Shown one piece after another: positions 17,865-27,163 of a stretch of 64,000 nucleotides of DNA; positions within the stretch are counted from its first letter, which is position 1, and each line of letters starts with the position of its first letter. The notes under the pieces are model-generated. The model was not told the DNA's origin and made no database searches. It was given only the letters and a program-made list of their open reading frames with translations. A program made the translations under genes and the position numbers. The stretch covers positions 706,379 to 770,378 of the forward strand of contig CBDANZ010000005.1 of NCBI GenBank assembly GCA_965197865.1. Reading direction: 5' to 3'. This DNA comes from Vicinamibacterales bacterium. Its GTDB lineage: Bacteria > Acidobacteriota > Vicinamibacteria > Vicinamibacterales > CAVVIG01.

Positions 17865-18885
17865 AATGATCCCAACCGTGGCGGCCCTCACCGACCGATG
17901 GCGTGCGACTCGGGTCTACCGAGGTCGGTCATCCGATTCAGGACGTTACACGCCAACCGTGCCTCAGCCAGCTGCCCTTCTGGCGAGCGAGCTCGAAGAG
18001 CATCCCCGATGATCGACTTGTACCTGAGGAAGGGATTCTCCGCGCGGACCTGCCGATGGTAGCCCGACTCCTTACTTCCAGCGTCGCCGTCTGATCAGAT
18101 TAACGTCCCTGATCGTGCGGTCGCGAGCGATCGACCGCGGCCCGCGTCGAGATACCCTTGCCGTCTTGGTGGGTGGAACGACCACGCTCGCGTCCCGCGC
18201 ACCCGCGGCAATAGAAGGCGATCGTGTCGTAGGCCGCGTCCCCCGTGACGCGGGCAAGGTCGCCTTGCACGGCATCGATCAGATCGACGCCGGTCGTTGC
18301 GTCATCGGTCTGCGCGTCGGTCAGAGCTTGGGCGACGATCACTCCAGAAGGGTCAACAGCCACATAGAGCTTCTTCCAGCCTCGGCTGCCGCGTCCGCCG
18401 CGTTTCGCGGCGGCCCATTCACCTTCGCCCATGATCGACAATCCCGTGCTATCAACGATGAGATGAATGCCTTCCACGGTGGGAATTCGACGAAGCGCGA
18501 GGTCGAGCTGCCGGCCGCGGCGTGACAGTGTCGTGTGATCGGGCGCGGCGAGCTCAAGGCCCATCTGCCCGACAAGCGATGTCAGAAACCCTCCGCCAGA
18601 CGGAGGGGCAGATTGAAGATGAGCCTGAGCGTCAGCGCGGTTTCGATGGCCAGATCCGGGTACTTCAACTGCCCGCCCCGCCTGGCGACGCCCGCGGGCT
18701 CCCAGGTGGCGACCGCGTCCGGCGAGAACCAGACCGTGACGTCGCCTCGCTGGACGAGGGCGCGGTCGTAGGCGGCCCAGTTCGCGGCGCGGTACTTCGC
18801 CTTGTACGTGGGATGGACTCTCGACCTCATTCCCCCAGTCTTGGCCGACCGCTCTCCGCTCTTGAGAATATTCAGCGGAACCCGG
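17865..18885 (-). mobile_element. IS5-family (IS903-group-like) element, decayed; boundaries approximate
   Basis: Contains the broken transposase listed next. A candidate right IR at 18864-18882 (reverse complement GGTTCCGCTGAATATTCTC) resembles the IS903 IR as I recall it. The left IR is not recognisable. Confidence 0.65.
17888..18830 (-). pseudogene. IS903-like DDE transposase with at least 3 frameshifts
   Basis: YKAKYRAANWAAYDRALVQRGDVTVWFS ... LRLAEGF | FLTSLVGQM ... DSTGLSIMGEGEW ... GDAAYDTIAFY | IAAGARDASVVVPP ... RRRWK | KESGYHRQVRAENPFLRYKSIIGDAL ... LNRMTDLGRPES. The blocks run over three frames, with shifts near 18590, 18230 and 18075. Confidence 0.75.
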
Positions 18886-18977
18886 TCTCCTCAGCCCACA
18901 GGATTCATGCACCAAGGCAAGAAACAGCTGTTACGGTTCCAACCGATCGCATGCCTCGCATCGATATCCTCATCCTC

Positions 18978-19011
18978 TGTAACAAGGGTTCAAGTGTAAC
19001 AAGGGTTCAAG
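18978..19011. repeat. perfect 17-bp tandem duplication TGTAACAAGGGTTCAAG x2
   Basis: Read directly at 18978-18994 and 18995-19011. It is followed by C TAGAAT. Confidence 0.95.
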
Positions 19012-19509
19012 CTAGAATGGCGGGCGTCTCGGCGAATCGGATGGGTTCCGTGGCGGCGACTCAGGCCGGGCCCCCGACCCTCGGTACGGTTCCGGCGCTT
19101 CATCAATCCTATCCAGTTATCCAGGCGCAGACGCTGGTCGGCAGTAAGCACTCTGCGCATACGCATCAGCATCAGCGACCGGGTCTTGTTGGCACAGGCG
19201 CGCGCCGTTTCGGCGCGGTCGATCTGACGGGAAAGGGTCGCTTCGTGGTTGCTGTCCGCGTATCATCCGCGACAGTTTGGTCTCAACCCGGTCGAGTTCC
19301 GCCCATTCCAGGCGAAGCTCCGGCACCGTCGTTTCAAAGATCTTGTCGATCTGCGCCGACCGGTCGGCCGTAAGGCCCAACTCCTTGGTGGTCGACTCCG
19401 ACTTCCACTATCTCTGCCGCGGGACCTGCTGTTCGGCCAGCGCAGGGGTCACTGCAAGGCCCAGCAGAAAGGCGGCCGCGAGCAACCGGCGAGAGCTAGC
19501 CTGCCTCAT
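18990..19509 (-). pseudogene. periplasmic Spy/CpxP-like (LTXXQ) protein with an in-frame TAG and a frameshift
   Basis: Signal peptide MRQASSRRLLAAAFLLGLAVTPALA, then PRQR*WKSE (TAG at 19408-19410). LGLTADRSAQIDKIFE follows, then a frameshift near 19255-19265 into ...RSLMLMRMRRVLTADQRLRLDNW. Confidence 0.55.
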
Positions 19510-19687
19510 GTGCAAACCTCTGGATAATGAATGTTCCTAGTAGGAGATACGGTCAGGGGACGGGAGGTGCTTACGTCGCAGACCTTGCGTGGACTACAAA
19601 TAGTGGAAGCCGTTCCAGGTTTCATCCTCGTCAATCGCTGATGGACAATAACCTACCTGTGAAAGCGCATGGACCCTCCAAGCCTCG

Positions 19688-20869
19688 TCACGATTTCGGG
19701 CCGGCAAAGCGTGCGAGTTTGAGGACTGCTGTGCCGACCAGATTGTCTGGCGTGGACGCCCCAGAAGTCAGACCAATCGCCACTGGCCCAGCGGCGGGCA
19801 GCCAGCCTTGGGTCGTCACTACTGGTTTCGTCCCGACCGGACGGTGCCGGATCTCATCGGCCGAAATCAGACACTCCGGATCGGCAATGTGGAAGGTCGG
19901 CCGCAGCGCCGCACAGATGCGCGCGAGGTTGCCAGTATTGCTGCTGTTGTAGCCGCCGATCACGATCATCAAATCGATCGCCTTTCCCGCGAGCAGCGAG
20001 ACGACCGCGTCCTGCCGATCCTGGGTCGCGCTACAGATCGTGTCGAACGCCTGATAGTGCGAGTCTAGCTCGGGCTCGCCGTACCGGTCGGTCATGGCCG
20101 CCTTCAGCATGTCGCCAATCTCCAATGATTGGGACATTAGCATGGTGGTCTGGTTCGCCAGGCCAATCCGCTGCAGATCACGGCCTGGATCGAAGTCGGG
20201 GGACGCGGCGCTTGTAAACCGCTCCAGGAATGCCTGGCGGTCGCCTCGCCCGCAGATGTAGTCACAGACGATCTCGGCCTCGCGGTCGTCGAGGACGACG
20301 ACAAACCGCCCGCCGTACTCGACCGCATGGGACGCGGTCGCCTGAGTTTCTTCGTGCCACACCTTGCCGTGGATAACCGAGGTGTACCCGTTCTCCGCGT
20401 AGCGGCGGACGTTCTTCCAGACATTCAGCACCGACCCGCAGGTGGTGTCGACAAGCGTGCAGTCACGTCGATCGAGCTGCTGCAGTATGGCCACCGTCAC
20501 GCCGAACGCGGGCAGGATGACGACATCGTCTTTGCTGAGCCGATCGATGGCTCCGGGCGCGTCGCTCAGGAACTGAATGCCCATCGCGCGAAGCTGGTCG
20601 TTCACGTGAGGGTTGTGGATGATCTCACCCGTGAGGTAGACCTGACGACTGGGAAACCGCCGACGCGTCTGATACGCATAATCTACGGCGCGGTCGACGC
20701 CGTAGCAGAAGCCGAACTCGCGAGCCAGGTGCACCGTGAGCCGCTCCGCGCGGTAGGTGAAGTCGTCGGCCTTGATGCGATCGATGAGCTCGCTGTGATA
20801 GCTTTCGGCCAGCGTGCCAGCGACGGCGTGCTTGAGGTCGAGGCCTTTCCGGAAGATGACCGAGGTCAT
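19688..20869 (-). CDS. ispH: 4-hydroxy-3-methylbut-2-enyl diphosphate reductase (long form)
   Basis: FGFCYGVDRAV, GEIIHNPHV and TICSATQDRQDAV are the three Cys-containing blocks. 393 aa with an N-terminal extension like the cyanobacterial/plant type. Confidence 0.9.
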   Translation of the reverse strand: MTSVIFRKGLDLKHAVAGTLAESYHSELIDRIKADDFTYRAERLTVHLAREFGFCYGVDRAVDYAYQTRRRFPSRQVYLTGEIIHNPHVNDQLRAMGIQFLSDAPGAIDRLSKDDVVILPAFGVTVAILQQLDRRDCTLVDTTCGSVLNVWKNVRRYAENGYTSVIHGKVWHEETQATASHAVEYGGRFVVVLDDREAEIVCDYICGRGDRQAFLERFTSAASPDFDPGRDLQRIGLANQTTMLMSQSLEIGDMLKAAMTDRYGEPELDSHYQAFDTICSATQDRQDAVVSLLAGKAIDLMIVIGGYNSSNTGNLARICAALRPTFHIADPECLISADEIRHRPVGTKPVVTTQGWLPAAGPVAIGLTSGASTPDNLVGTAVLKLARFAGPKS

Positions 20870-20873
20870 CTTC

Positions 20874-21346
20874 TCACTCTAGTGCAATCTCCCGGACCTG
20901 CGGTGTCAGCATGTCGAAGGTCCTGAGCTCGGGCGTTTGCGGTCCGCCAAGGGCGGTCTTGAGCTGCGACAGGAAGGCGTCTGCGTCGATCGAGGCCGGC
21001 TGCAGGGTGACCGCCACGGCCGGCGGTGCGGTGGAGGCTGGCCGCGAAACGCCCATCGCCGGAACGCGGGCTCGCGAATCGTAGGACACCCCGACCGCAA
21101 TGCCGACCAGCAGGCCCGCCGCCGATCGGCCTCCTGCCGCTCGGGTGGGAACAATTGGTCGAGCTCGGCGTCGGCCTCCAATCGCAGATCGTCCATGGGC
21201 CGCTCGAGCTCGCGGTAGTGGCCTCCGCACTCACCGCAGTCGGCCAGATGCGCAGCGGCGGGCGGATCGACCGGCTCACCCGAGCGCTCGGCCACATAGC
21301 ACTCGAACAGCCGTTCTGCCGGCAGGTGATGCACGCGGCCTATCAC
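20874..21346 (-). CDS. putative anti-sigma factor (single TM), frameshifted as assembled
   Basis: The start overlaps the sigma gene stop (ATGA). The N-terminus has HLADCGECGGHY (zf-HC2-like). The TM segment AAGLLVGIAVGV and C-terminus are in another frame (ORF 20874-21230), with the shift near 21113-21125 in CGGCGGCGGGCC. Confidence 0.5.
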
Positions 21347-22041
21347 GACTGGCCTCCCAGGAAACCGCGCAGTTTTCGCGCGGCCCGAAACAGGTGGACC
21401 CTCACGGTCGACTCGTTCAACCCAGTTATCATGCTCACTTCACGCGGCGTGCAGTCGCCGTAGTGACACAACATAAAAACGGTCCGCTGACGCCCCTCCA
21501 GCCGGTCGATGACCGCGGCGAGCTTGGCGCGCCGCTCGCGGGCCAGAAGCCGCGACTCCGGGTCCGGTTCGCAGCGGCCAAACAGTTGCGCGTTGCCTTC
21601 CGGCGCCTCCCCGGCCGGCGCGAACCATCGGTCGCGCCGTGTCCGTGCCCTGCGGCGATCGAGGCAGCCGTTGATGAGAACGCGCGTAAACCAGACTTTG
21701 AACGGCCACGCTTCGCGATACGATGCAATGCGGCTGAACGCTTTGACGAAAGCATCCTGGACCGCCTCATCTGCGTCGGCAGCATCCTCCCGAAGGTACT
21801 GATAGGCGATGCGCAACGCGCGGCGCTGATGCCGGAGAACGAGATTCCCGAAGCGGCCGCGCGCCTCGTCCATAGTGCCGCGCTCCACGAGCTGGCGGAT
21901 CTCAATTGCGAGCCGGGTATCGTCGGAGAGCTGCCGCTCGAGCCGGCACCCGTCGGCGGGCATCGAGACGGTAGCCGCGGCGCGGGCCGAGTCGCTGCGG
22001 CGAGCCAAGCGCTGGTCATTCATAAAGACACTACGATGCAA
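21343..22041 (-). CDS. ECF-type RNA polymerase sigma-70 family factor
   Basis: Region 2 (ADEAVQDAFVKAF, FKVWFTRVLINGCLD) and region 4 (QRTVFMLCHYGDCTPREVSMITGLNESTVRVHLFRARKL). The true start is uncertain (possibly 21963). Confidence 0.85.
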   Translation of the reverse strand: MHRSVFMNDQRLARRSDSARAAATVSMPADGCRLERQLSDDTRLAIEIRQLVERGTMDEARGRFGNLVLRHQRRALRIAYQYLREDAADADEAVQDAFVKAFSRIASYREAWPFKVWFTRVLINGCLDRRRARTRRDRWFAPAGEAPEGNAQLFGRCEPDPESRLLARERRAKLAAVIDRLEGRQRTVFMLCHYGDCTPREVSMITGLNESTVRVHLFRAARKLRGFLGGQS

Positions 22042-22166
22042 ACTGGGGACTCTTTACAGCTTACTTCATGGGCCCCGGTGATTGTTTGACTTCCGCGGAA
22101 CGCGGCGAGTACGATCGCCGAATTCGGTGTATGTCACAGCGCCTCGATATCGTTAAGGAGCAGCGC

Positions 22167-23759
22167 ATGAGCGCGGTCGTTGAACGGGGCCTTTCTTTGG
22201 ACACGGAAGGAATCGAAGGGGTCCGGGTCCGGTGGAATCTGTCGGTGCCCGCCCTCTACGAGGAAGCTGTCAGGCGCCAGGAGGGGGTCATTGCGGCAGA
22301 GGGCCCGCTGGTCTGTCGGACCGGACACCATACCGGCCGGTCGCCGAACGACAAGTTTCTTGTCCGCGAGGCGTCGGCCGAGAAGAACGTCGCATGGGGC
22401 GCCGTCAACCGCGCCATGAACGAGAGCTACTTCAACACCCTCCACGGCGACTTCCTCAATTCGTTGCAGGGGGCGGACCTCTTCGTGCAGGATTGCCAGG
22501 CCGGCGCTGATCCGCAATACCGGCTGTCCATTCGCGTCATCACTGAGTTCGCCTGGCACAGCCTCTTTGCCCGCAACCTTTTCATCGTCGATGCCAATCG
22601 GGAGACGGCTCCGCACGTGCCCGAGTTCACCGTGATCGGCTCGCCGAGCTTCAAGGCCGACCCGAAACGACACGGCACGAACTCCGAGACCGTGATTGTC
22701 GTGAACTTCGCGCGGCGCCTCGTGCTCATCGGCGGCACGAGCTACGCTGGAGAAATCAAGAAATCGATCTTCACGGTCCTTAACTATCTGCTGCCGCTGC
22801 GCGGGGTCCTGTCGATGCACTGTTCGGCGAACCTCGGCCCGGAGGGAGACGTCGCGTTGTTCTTCGGGCTGTCGGGCACGGGTAAGACGACGCTATCGAG
22901 CGATCACGAGCGGCGCCTGATCGGCGACGACGAGCACGGCTGGAGCGAGCGTGGTGTGTTCAACTTCGAAGGTGGCTGCTACGCGAAGACGATTCGGCTG
23001 TCGGCGGAGGCCGAGCCGCAGATTTTCGCTGTAACCCGACGCTTCGGAACCGTGCTCGAGAACGTCGTCTTCGACGAGCGGACACGCATGCTCGACCTCG
23101 ACGACGATCACTTCACGGAGAACACGCGCGCGGCCTATCCGACTTCCTTCATTGCCAACGTCGAGTCTTCGGGCCAGGGTGGGCACCCCAAGAACATCAT
23201 CATGCTGACGGCCGACGCCTTCGGCGTGCTGCCGCCGATCTCGCGCCTGACACCTGAAGGCGCAATGTACCATTTTCTCTCCGGCTACACCGCCAAGGTC
23301 GCGGGAACCGAGAAAGGCGTGACCGAGCCCAAGGCGACGTTCAGCGCGTGCTTTGGCGCGCCGTTTCTGCCGCTGCCGGCGGGGCGGTACGCCGTGATGC
23401 TGGGCGAAAAGATTGTTCACCATCGAGCCCGCGTATGGCTGGTGAACACCGGCTGGACGGGCGGCGCCCATGGCACGGGGACGCGCATGAAAATTAGGTT
23501 CACACGCGCGATGATCCGGGCGGCGCTCGCCGGCCAGCTCGACAATGTGGGCTACGAGAACGATCCGGTTTTCAACCTGCAGGTCCCGCAGAGCTGTCCC
23601 GAGGTGCCTTCCGACGTGCTGAAACCGCGCAGCACCTGGAGAGATTCGGCAGAGTACGACCGCCAGGCGTCCAGGCTCGCGCACATGTTCGTCGACAACT
23701 TCAAGTCGTTTGAAGCCGACGTCGCGCCGGGAGTGCGGGAGGCGGGTCCAAGGGCCTAG
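22167..23759 (+). CDS. pckA: phosphoenolpyruvate carboxykinase (ATP)
   Basis: GRSPNDKF and [11 protein letters not shown], about 530 aa. AAGGAG sits 6 nt before the ATG at 22167; the longest ORF starts at 22068. Confidence 0.95.
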   Translation: MSAVVERGLSLDTEGIEGVRVRWNLSVPALYEEAVRRQEGVIAAEGPLVCRTGHHTGRSPNDKFLVREASAEKNVAWGAVNRAMNESYFNTLHGDFLNSLQGADLFVQDCQAGADPQYRLSIRVITEFAWHSLFARNLFIVDANRETAPHVPEFTVIGSPSFKADPKRHGTNSETVIVVNFARRLVLIGGTSYAGEIKKSIFTVLNYLLPLRGVLSMHCSANLGPEGDVALFFGLSGTGKTTLSSDHERRLIGDDEHGWSERGVFNFEGGCYAKTIRLSAEAEPQIFAVTRRFGTVLENVVFDERTRMLDLDDDHFTENTRAAYPTSFIANVESSGQGGHPKNIIMLTADAFGVLPPISRLTPEGAMYHFLSGYTAKVAGTEKGVTEPKATFSACFGAPFLPLPAGRYAVMLGEKIVHHRARVWLVNTGWTGGAHGTGTRMKIRFTRAMIRAALAGQLDNVGYENDPVFNLQVPQSCPEVPSDVLKPRSTWRDSAEYDRQASRLAHMFVDNFKSFEADVAPGVREAGPRA

Positions 23760-23760
23760 C

Positions 23761-25215
23761 GTGAACCGTGTGAACCGTTATGAAGCGGTCATCGGTCTGG
23801 AGGTTCACGCGCAGCTCGAGACCGCGTCGAAGATATTCTGCGGCTGCAGTACTGGGTTCGGCGCCCCGCCCAATACAAGCGTCTGTCCGGTGTGCCTCGG
23901 GGTTCCAGGCTCGCTTCCCGTGCTGAACCGCACCGCGGTCGACTACGGCATTCGCGCAGCGCTCGCACTCGGATGCCGCATCAACGAGAGGTCGATCTTC
24001 GCGCGCAAGAACTACTTCTACCCGGACCTGCCCAAGGGTTATCAGATTTCGCAGTACGAGCAGCCGCTGGCGAGCCAGGGCGCGCTTGAGTACCAGACCC
24101 CGGTTGGGCTGCGGCATGTCGGCATCACGCGGGTGCATCTGGAAGAAGACGCGGGCAAGTCGCTCCACGAAGGATTCGCCGACTCCGAACGCAGAACCTA
24201 TGTGGACTACAACCGGAGCGGGACGCCGCTCATCGAGATCGTGACCGAGCCGGATCTAAGGTCAGCGGGTGACGCGGCGGAATTCTTCAGCCGGCTGCGC
24301 GCGATCCTGGTGTGGCTGGAGGTGAGCGACGGCAACATGGAGGAGGGCAGCCTGCGCTGCGATGCGAACGTGTCGGTGCGGCCCTCCGGCACCTCTCCGC
24401 TCGGGACCAAGGCAGAGGTGAAAAACCTCAACTCTTTCCGGTTCTTGCAGAAGGCGCTCGCCTACGAAATCGATCGACAGATCCAGGTCCTCGACGAGGG
24501 CGGGCGTGTCGTGCAGGAGACCCGCTTGTGGGATTCCGCCTCGGGCGTGACGATGTCGATGCGCGGCAAGGAAGAGGCGCACGACTACCGCTATTTCCCC
24601 GAGCCCGATTTACCGCCGCTGGTGGTCGACCCGGCGCGCGTGGCGGCCATCAAGGAGGCGATGCCGGAACTGCCCGAGGCGCGGTGGCGGCGATTCGTCA
24701 CGCGCTACGAATTGCCAGACTACGACGCCGGTCATCTGACCGAGTCGCGCGCACTCGCCGATTTCTTCGAGACGACCGTCGCGGCCGGCGCGCCGTCGAA
24801 GGCTGCCAGCAACTGGATGATGGGCGAGCTGGCGCGGGCGTTGAAGGAAACTGGCCGCGGGATCGCCGAGTCGCCCGTACCGCCCGACCGGCTGGCGGAA
24901 CTGCTCGGTCTGATCGAGAAGGGCGAGATCAGCGGCGCGATCGCGAAGGGCGTCTTCGAGAAGATGTTCGGGTCGAGTCGCGCCGCGAGCGACATCGTGC
25001 AGGCTGAAGGACTGACGCAGATCGACGATGAGTCACAGATCGTCGGCCTGATTGCCGACGTCCTTTCGCAAAACACCGACGCCGTTCGGCAATACCACGC
25101 GGGCAAGTTCGCGATCTTCGGGTTTCTGGTTGGGCAGGTGATGAAGGCGACCTCGGGCAAGGCGAACCCGAAACGGGTCAACGAACTCTTGAAACGATCA
25201 CTCGACGGCGGGTGA
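23761..25215 (+). CDS. gatB: Asp-tRNA(Asn)/Glu-tRNA(Gln) amidotransferase subunit B
   Basis: [28 protein letters not shown] and a C-terminal YqeY-like tail. GTG start 2 nt after the pckA stop. Confidence 0.95.
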   Translation: MNRVNRYEAVIGLEVHAQLETASKIFCGCSTGFGAPPNTSVCPVCLGVPGSLPVLNRTAVDYGIRAALALGCRINERSIFARKNYFYPDLPKGYQISQYEQPLASQGALEYQTPVGLRHVGITRVHLEEDAGKSLHEGFADSERRTYVDYNRSGTPLIEIVTEPDLRSAGDAAEFFSRLRAILVWLEVSDGNMEEGSLRCDANVSVRPSGTSPLGTKAEVKNLNSFRFLQKALAYEIDRQIQVLDEGGRVVQETRLWDSASGVTMSMRGKEEAHDYRYFPEPDLPPLVVDPARVAAIKEAMPELPEARWRRFVTRYELPDYDAGHLTESRALADFFETTVAAGAPSKAASNWMMGELARALKETGRGIAESPVPPDRLAELLGLIEKGEISGAIAKGVFEKMFGSSRAASDIVQAEGLTQIDDESQIVGLIADVLSQNTDAVRQYHAGKFAIFGFLVGQVMKATSGKANPKRVNELLKRSLDGG

Positions 25216-25259
25216 ACCGGGTTGTGCGCTAGAATGACGGCCGTGGGTGCACAGGCAGC

Positions 25260-25918
25260 GTGATAGAAACCTATCGCCTCTCCAAACTCTACAACCGCGG
25301 CGTCTACGCGCTGCGGGACCTCTCGCTGGCGATCAACAAAGGCGAGTTCATGTTTCTCACCGGACCAAGCGGCGCAGGCAAGTCGACCTTTCTGCGCCTG
25401 CTGCTGCGGGAAGAACTGCCAAGCGAAGGTGAGCTCAGAGTGGGGGGCGCAATCTGAAGGAGTTCGGCCCGTCGCAGATCCAGAGCTACCGGCGCTCGAT
25501 CGGGTTCGTCTTCCAGGACTTCCGTCTGATTCAGCGATTCACGGTCTTCCAGAACGTCTCGTTCGTCATGCGCGTGCTGGGTGAGTCAGCGGCGGTGCAG
25601 CAGCGGAAAACCTTCCGGGTGCTCAAGTGGGTGGGGCTGCAGCACAGGATCAGCGCGTTTCCTGAGGAACTGTCGGGTGGCGAACAGCAGCGAATTGCCA
25701 TCGCGCGGGCGCTCGTCAACGATCCGCAGCTCGTGCTCGCCGACGAACCGACCGGCAACCTCGACCCGGATCTCTCATCCGAAATCATGAACCTGTTCCG
25801 CGAAATCAACGCGAGCGGCGCCACCGTAGTCGTGGCGACCCACGATCGCGAACTCATTCGGCGCGTCGGGCGACGCGTGATCACCCTCGATCAAGGTCAC
25901 GTCGTCGAGGCCGCGTGA
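25260..25918 (+). CDS. ftsE: cell-division ABC ATPase FtsE, split by a 1-nt frameshift at a G6 run
   Basis: [11 protein letters not shown] in frame 1 stops at 25457. RNLKEF...[10 protein letters not shown]...[15 protein letters not shown]...[10 protein letters not shown] continues in the -1 frame from 25448. One extra G in the run at 25442-25447 would restore a normal FtsE. Confidence 0.85.
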
Positions 25919-26811
25919 TGCGGGCCCTCGCGTACGCCTTCAACGAAGCGATAAGGAGCGTGTGGCGCGGTCGGCGGTCGGGGATTCTCTCGGCCGTGAC
26001 GATCGCGGTGGCTCTGTTCGTGTTCGGCGGTTTTCTGCTCATTACCTCGAACCTCGAGCGACTCGCGGTCGAGTGGGGCCGATCGGCCGAGCTGTCGGTC
26101 TACCTTGACGACGAGGTGACGCCGACGAGCCGGGGCGCGATCGAGCTCCTGCTCAGCCCCGGTCCGGTCGTCGCGGGATATCAGTACGTTTCGAAGGCCG
26201 TGGCGCTCCAGCGCTTTAAGTCGACGTTTGGCGATTTGGCAAGCGCCGCGGAGACTCCGGAGGGGAATCCGTTGCCAGCTTCGTACGAGGTCCGCCTGGT
26301 GGCGGTGCCCGGCGCGGAGGAGGCCATTGCGGCGCTCGCGGCCAGACTGCAGGAATCGCCAGGTGTCACCGACGTGCGGTACGACCGGCAGTGGCTCGAC
26401 CGTTTGCTGGCGGCCGTCACCGTGGTCCGCGGTGTGGGGTTGACGCTCGGGGCGGTGCTGGCGATCACCGCGGCGCTGACCGTGGCCAACGTCGTACGCC
26501 TGGCGCTGCATGTCCGACGTGACGAAATTGAAATCATGCAGCTCGTCGGCGCGCCGCAGGCCTACATCCGTGGACCGTTCGTCGTGGAGGGCGTCCTCCA
26601 AGGTGGCACTGGCGCGGCGCTCGCCCTTGCGGCGCTGGCCGCCGCCTTCCTCGCCGTCCGGGGGCCCTACCTCGTGCCGCTGGCAAGTGCGGTGAACTTT
26701 GTCATCGGTCCGCTTTCTGGCGCCCCAGCTCTGCCTGGCGCTGGTCTTGGGCGGGATGCTCGTCGGGTGCCTGGGTGGCCTGGTGGCGGCGACCGGCCGG
26801 ACCTAAATTAG
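25915..26811 (+). CDS. ftsX: cell-division permease FtsX, with the last TM in another frame
   Basis: Typical FtsX N-terminus (AIRSVWRGRRSGILSAVTIAV). The expected C-terminal TM VRFLAPQLCLALVLGGMLVGCLGGLVAATGRT is encoded in the +1 frame from about 26710 and ends with TAA near 26806. Confidence 0.8.
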   Translation: MMRALAYAFNEAIRSVWRGRRSGILSAVTIAVALFVFGGFLLITSNLERLAVEWGRSAELSVYLDDEVTPTSRGAIELLLSPGPVVAGYQYVSKAVALQRFKSTFGDLASAAETPEGNPLPASYEVRLVAVPGAEEAIAALAARLQESPGVTDVRYDRQWLDRLLAAVTVVRGVGLTLGAVLAITAALTVANVVRLALHVRRDEIEIMQLVGAPQAYIRGPFVVEGVLQGGTGAALALAALAAAFLAVRGPYLVPLASAVNFVIGPLSGAPALPGAGLGRDARRVPGWPGGGDRPDLN

Positions 26812-26815
26812 CTCG

Positions 26816-26845
26816 TTGACACACGATTTCGCACGGCACTACACT
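26816..26845 (+). promoter_or_regulatory. sigma-70-like promoter candidate
   Basis: TTGACA (26816-26821), an 18-nt spacer, then TACACT (26840-26845). Confidence 0.4.
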
Positions 26846-26878
26846 GGAATGAGTTCGAACCCACGCCCGAGGACCTGC

Positions 26879-27163
26879 ATGCCACGATTCGTGACCGATT
26901 CGGGGCCCATCAGCGTGCGGCACCCGATCACCGAGTTTTACAGGGAAGAGTTCATCAAACATCACCGTTGCCTCCAGCAGCACCGGCCCTATTTTTCAGA
27001 AAACGCCATTACCGACGTCGAAGCCGCGCTCGTGCGGATCATGGGACAGCTCGAGCAGCTGTGCAGGAAAGACAACGCTGACGAAGTGGTCAGCTCCCTT
27101 CTGAAGAAGTTCGACGTTATCACCGGCCTCTCTGCCTGGTCCGATCCCGAGCACACGCACTGA
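26879..27163 (+). CDS. hypothetical protein (about 94 aa)
   Basis: Open frame with GAGGA 6 nt before the ATG at 26879. I recognise no family. Its TGA overlaps the probable start region of the next gene. Confidence 0.4.
   Translation: MPRFVTDSGPISVRHPITEFYREEFIKHHRCLQQHRPYFSENAITDVEAALVRIMGQLEQLCRKDNADEVVSSLLKKFDVITGLSAWSDPEHTH

Noticed and set aside
26850-26875. tRNA-like T-loop sequence GAGTTCGAACCC.
   Set aside because: The flanking bases cannot form a T-stem or an acceptor stem. The sequence lies in the leader or 5' part of a protein-coding ORF.
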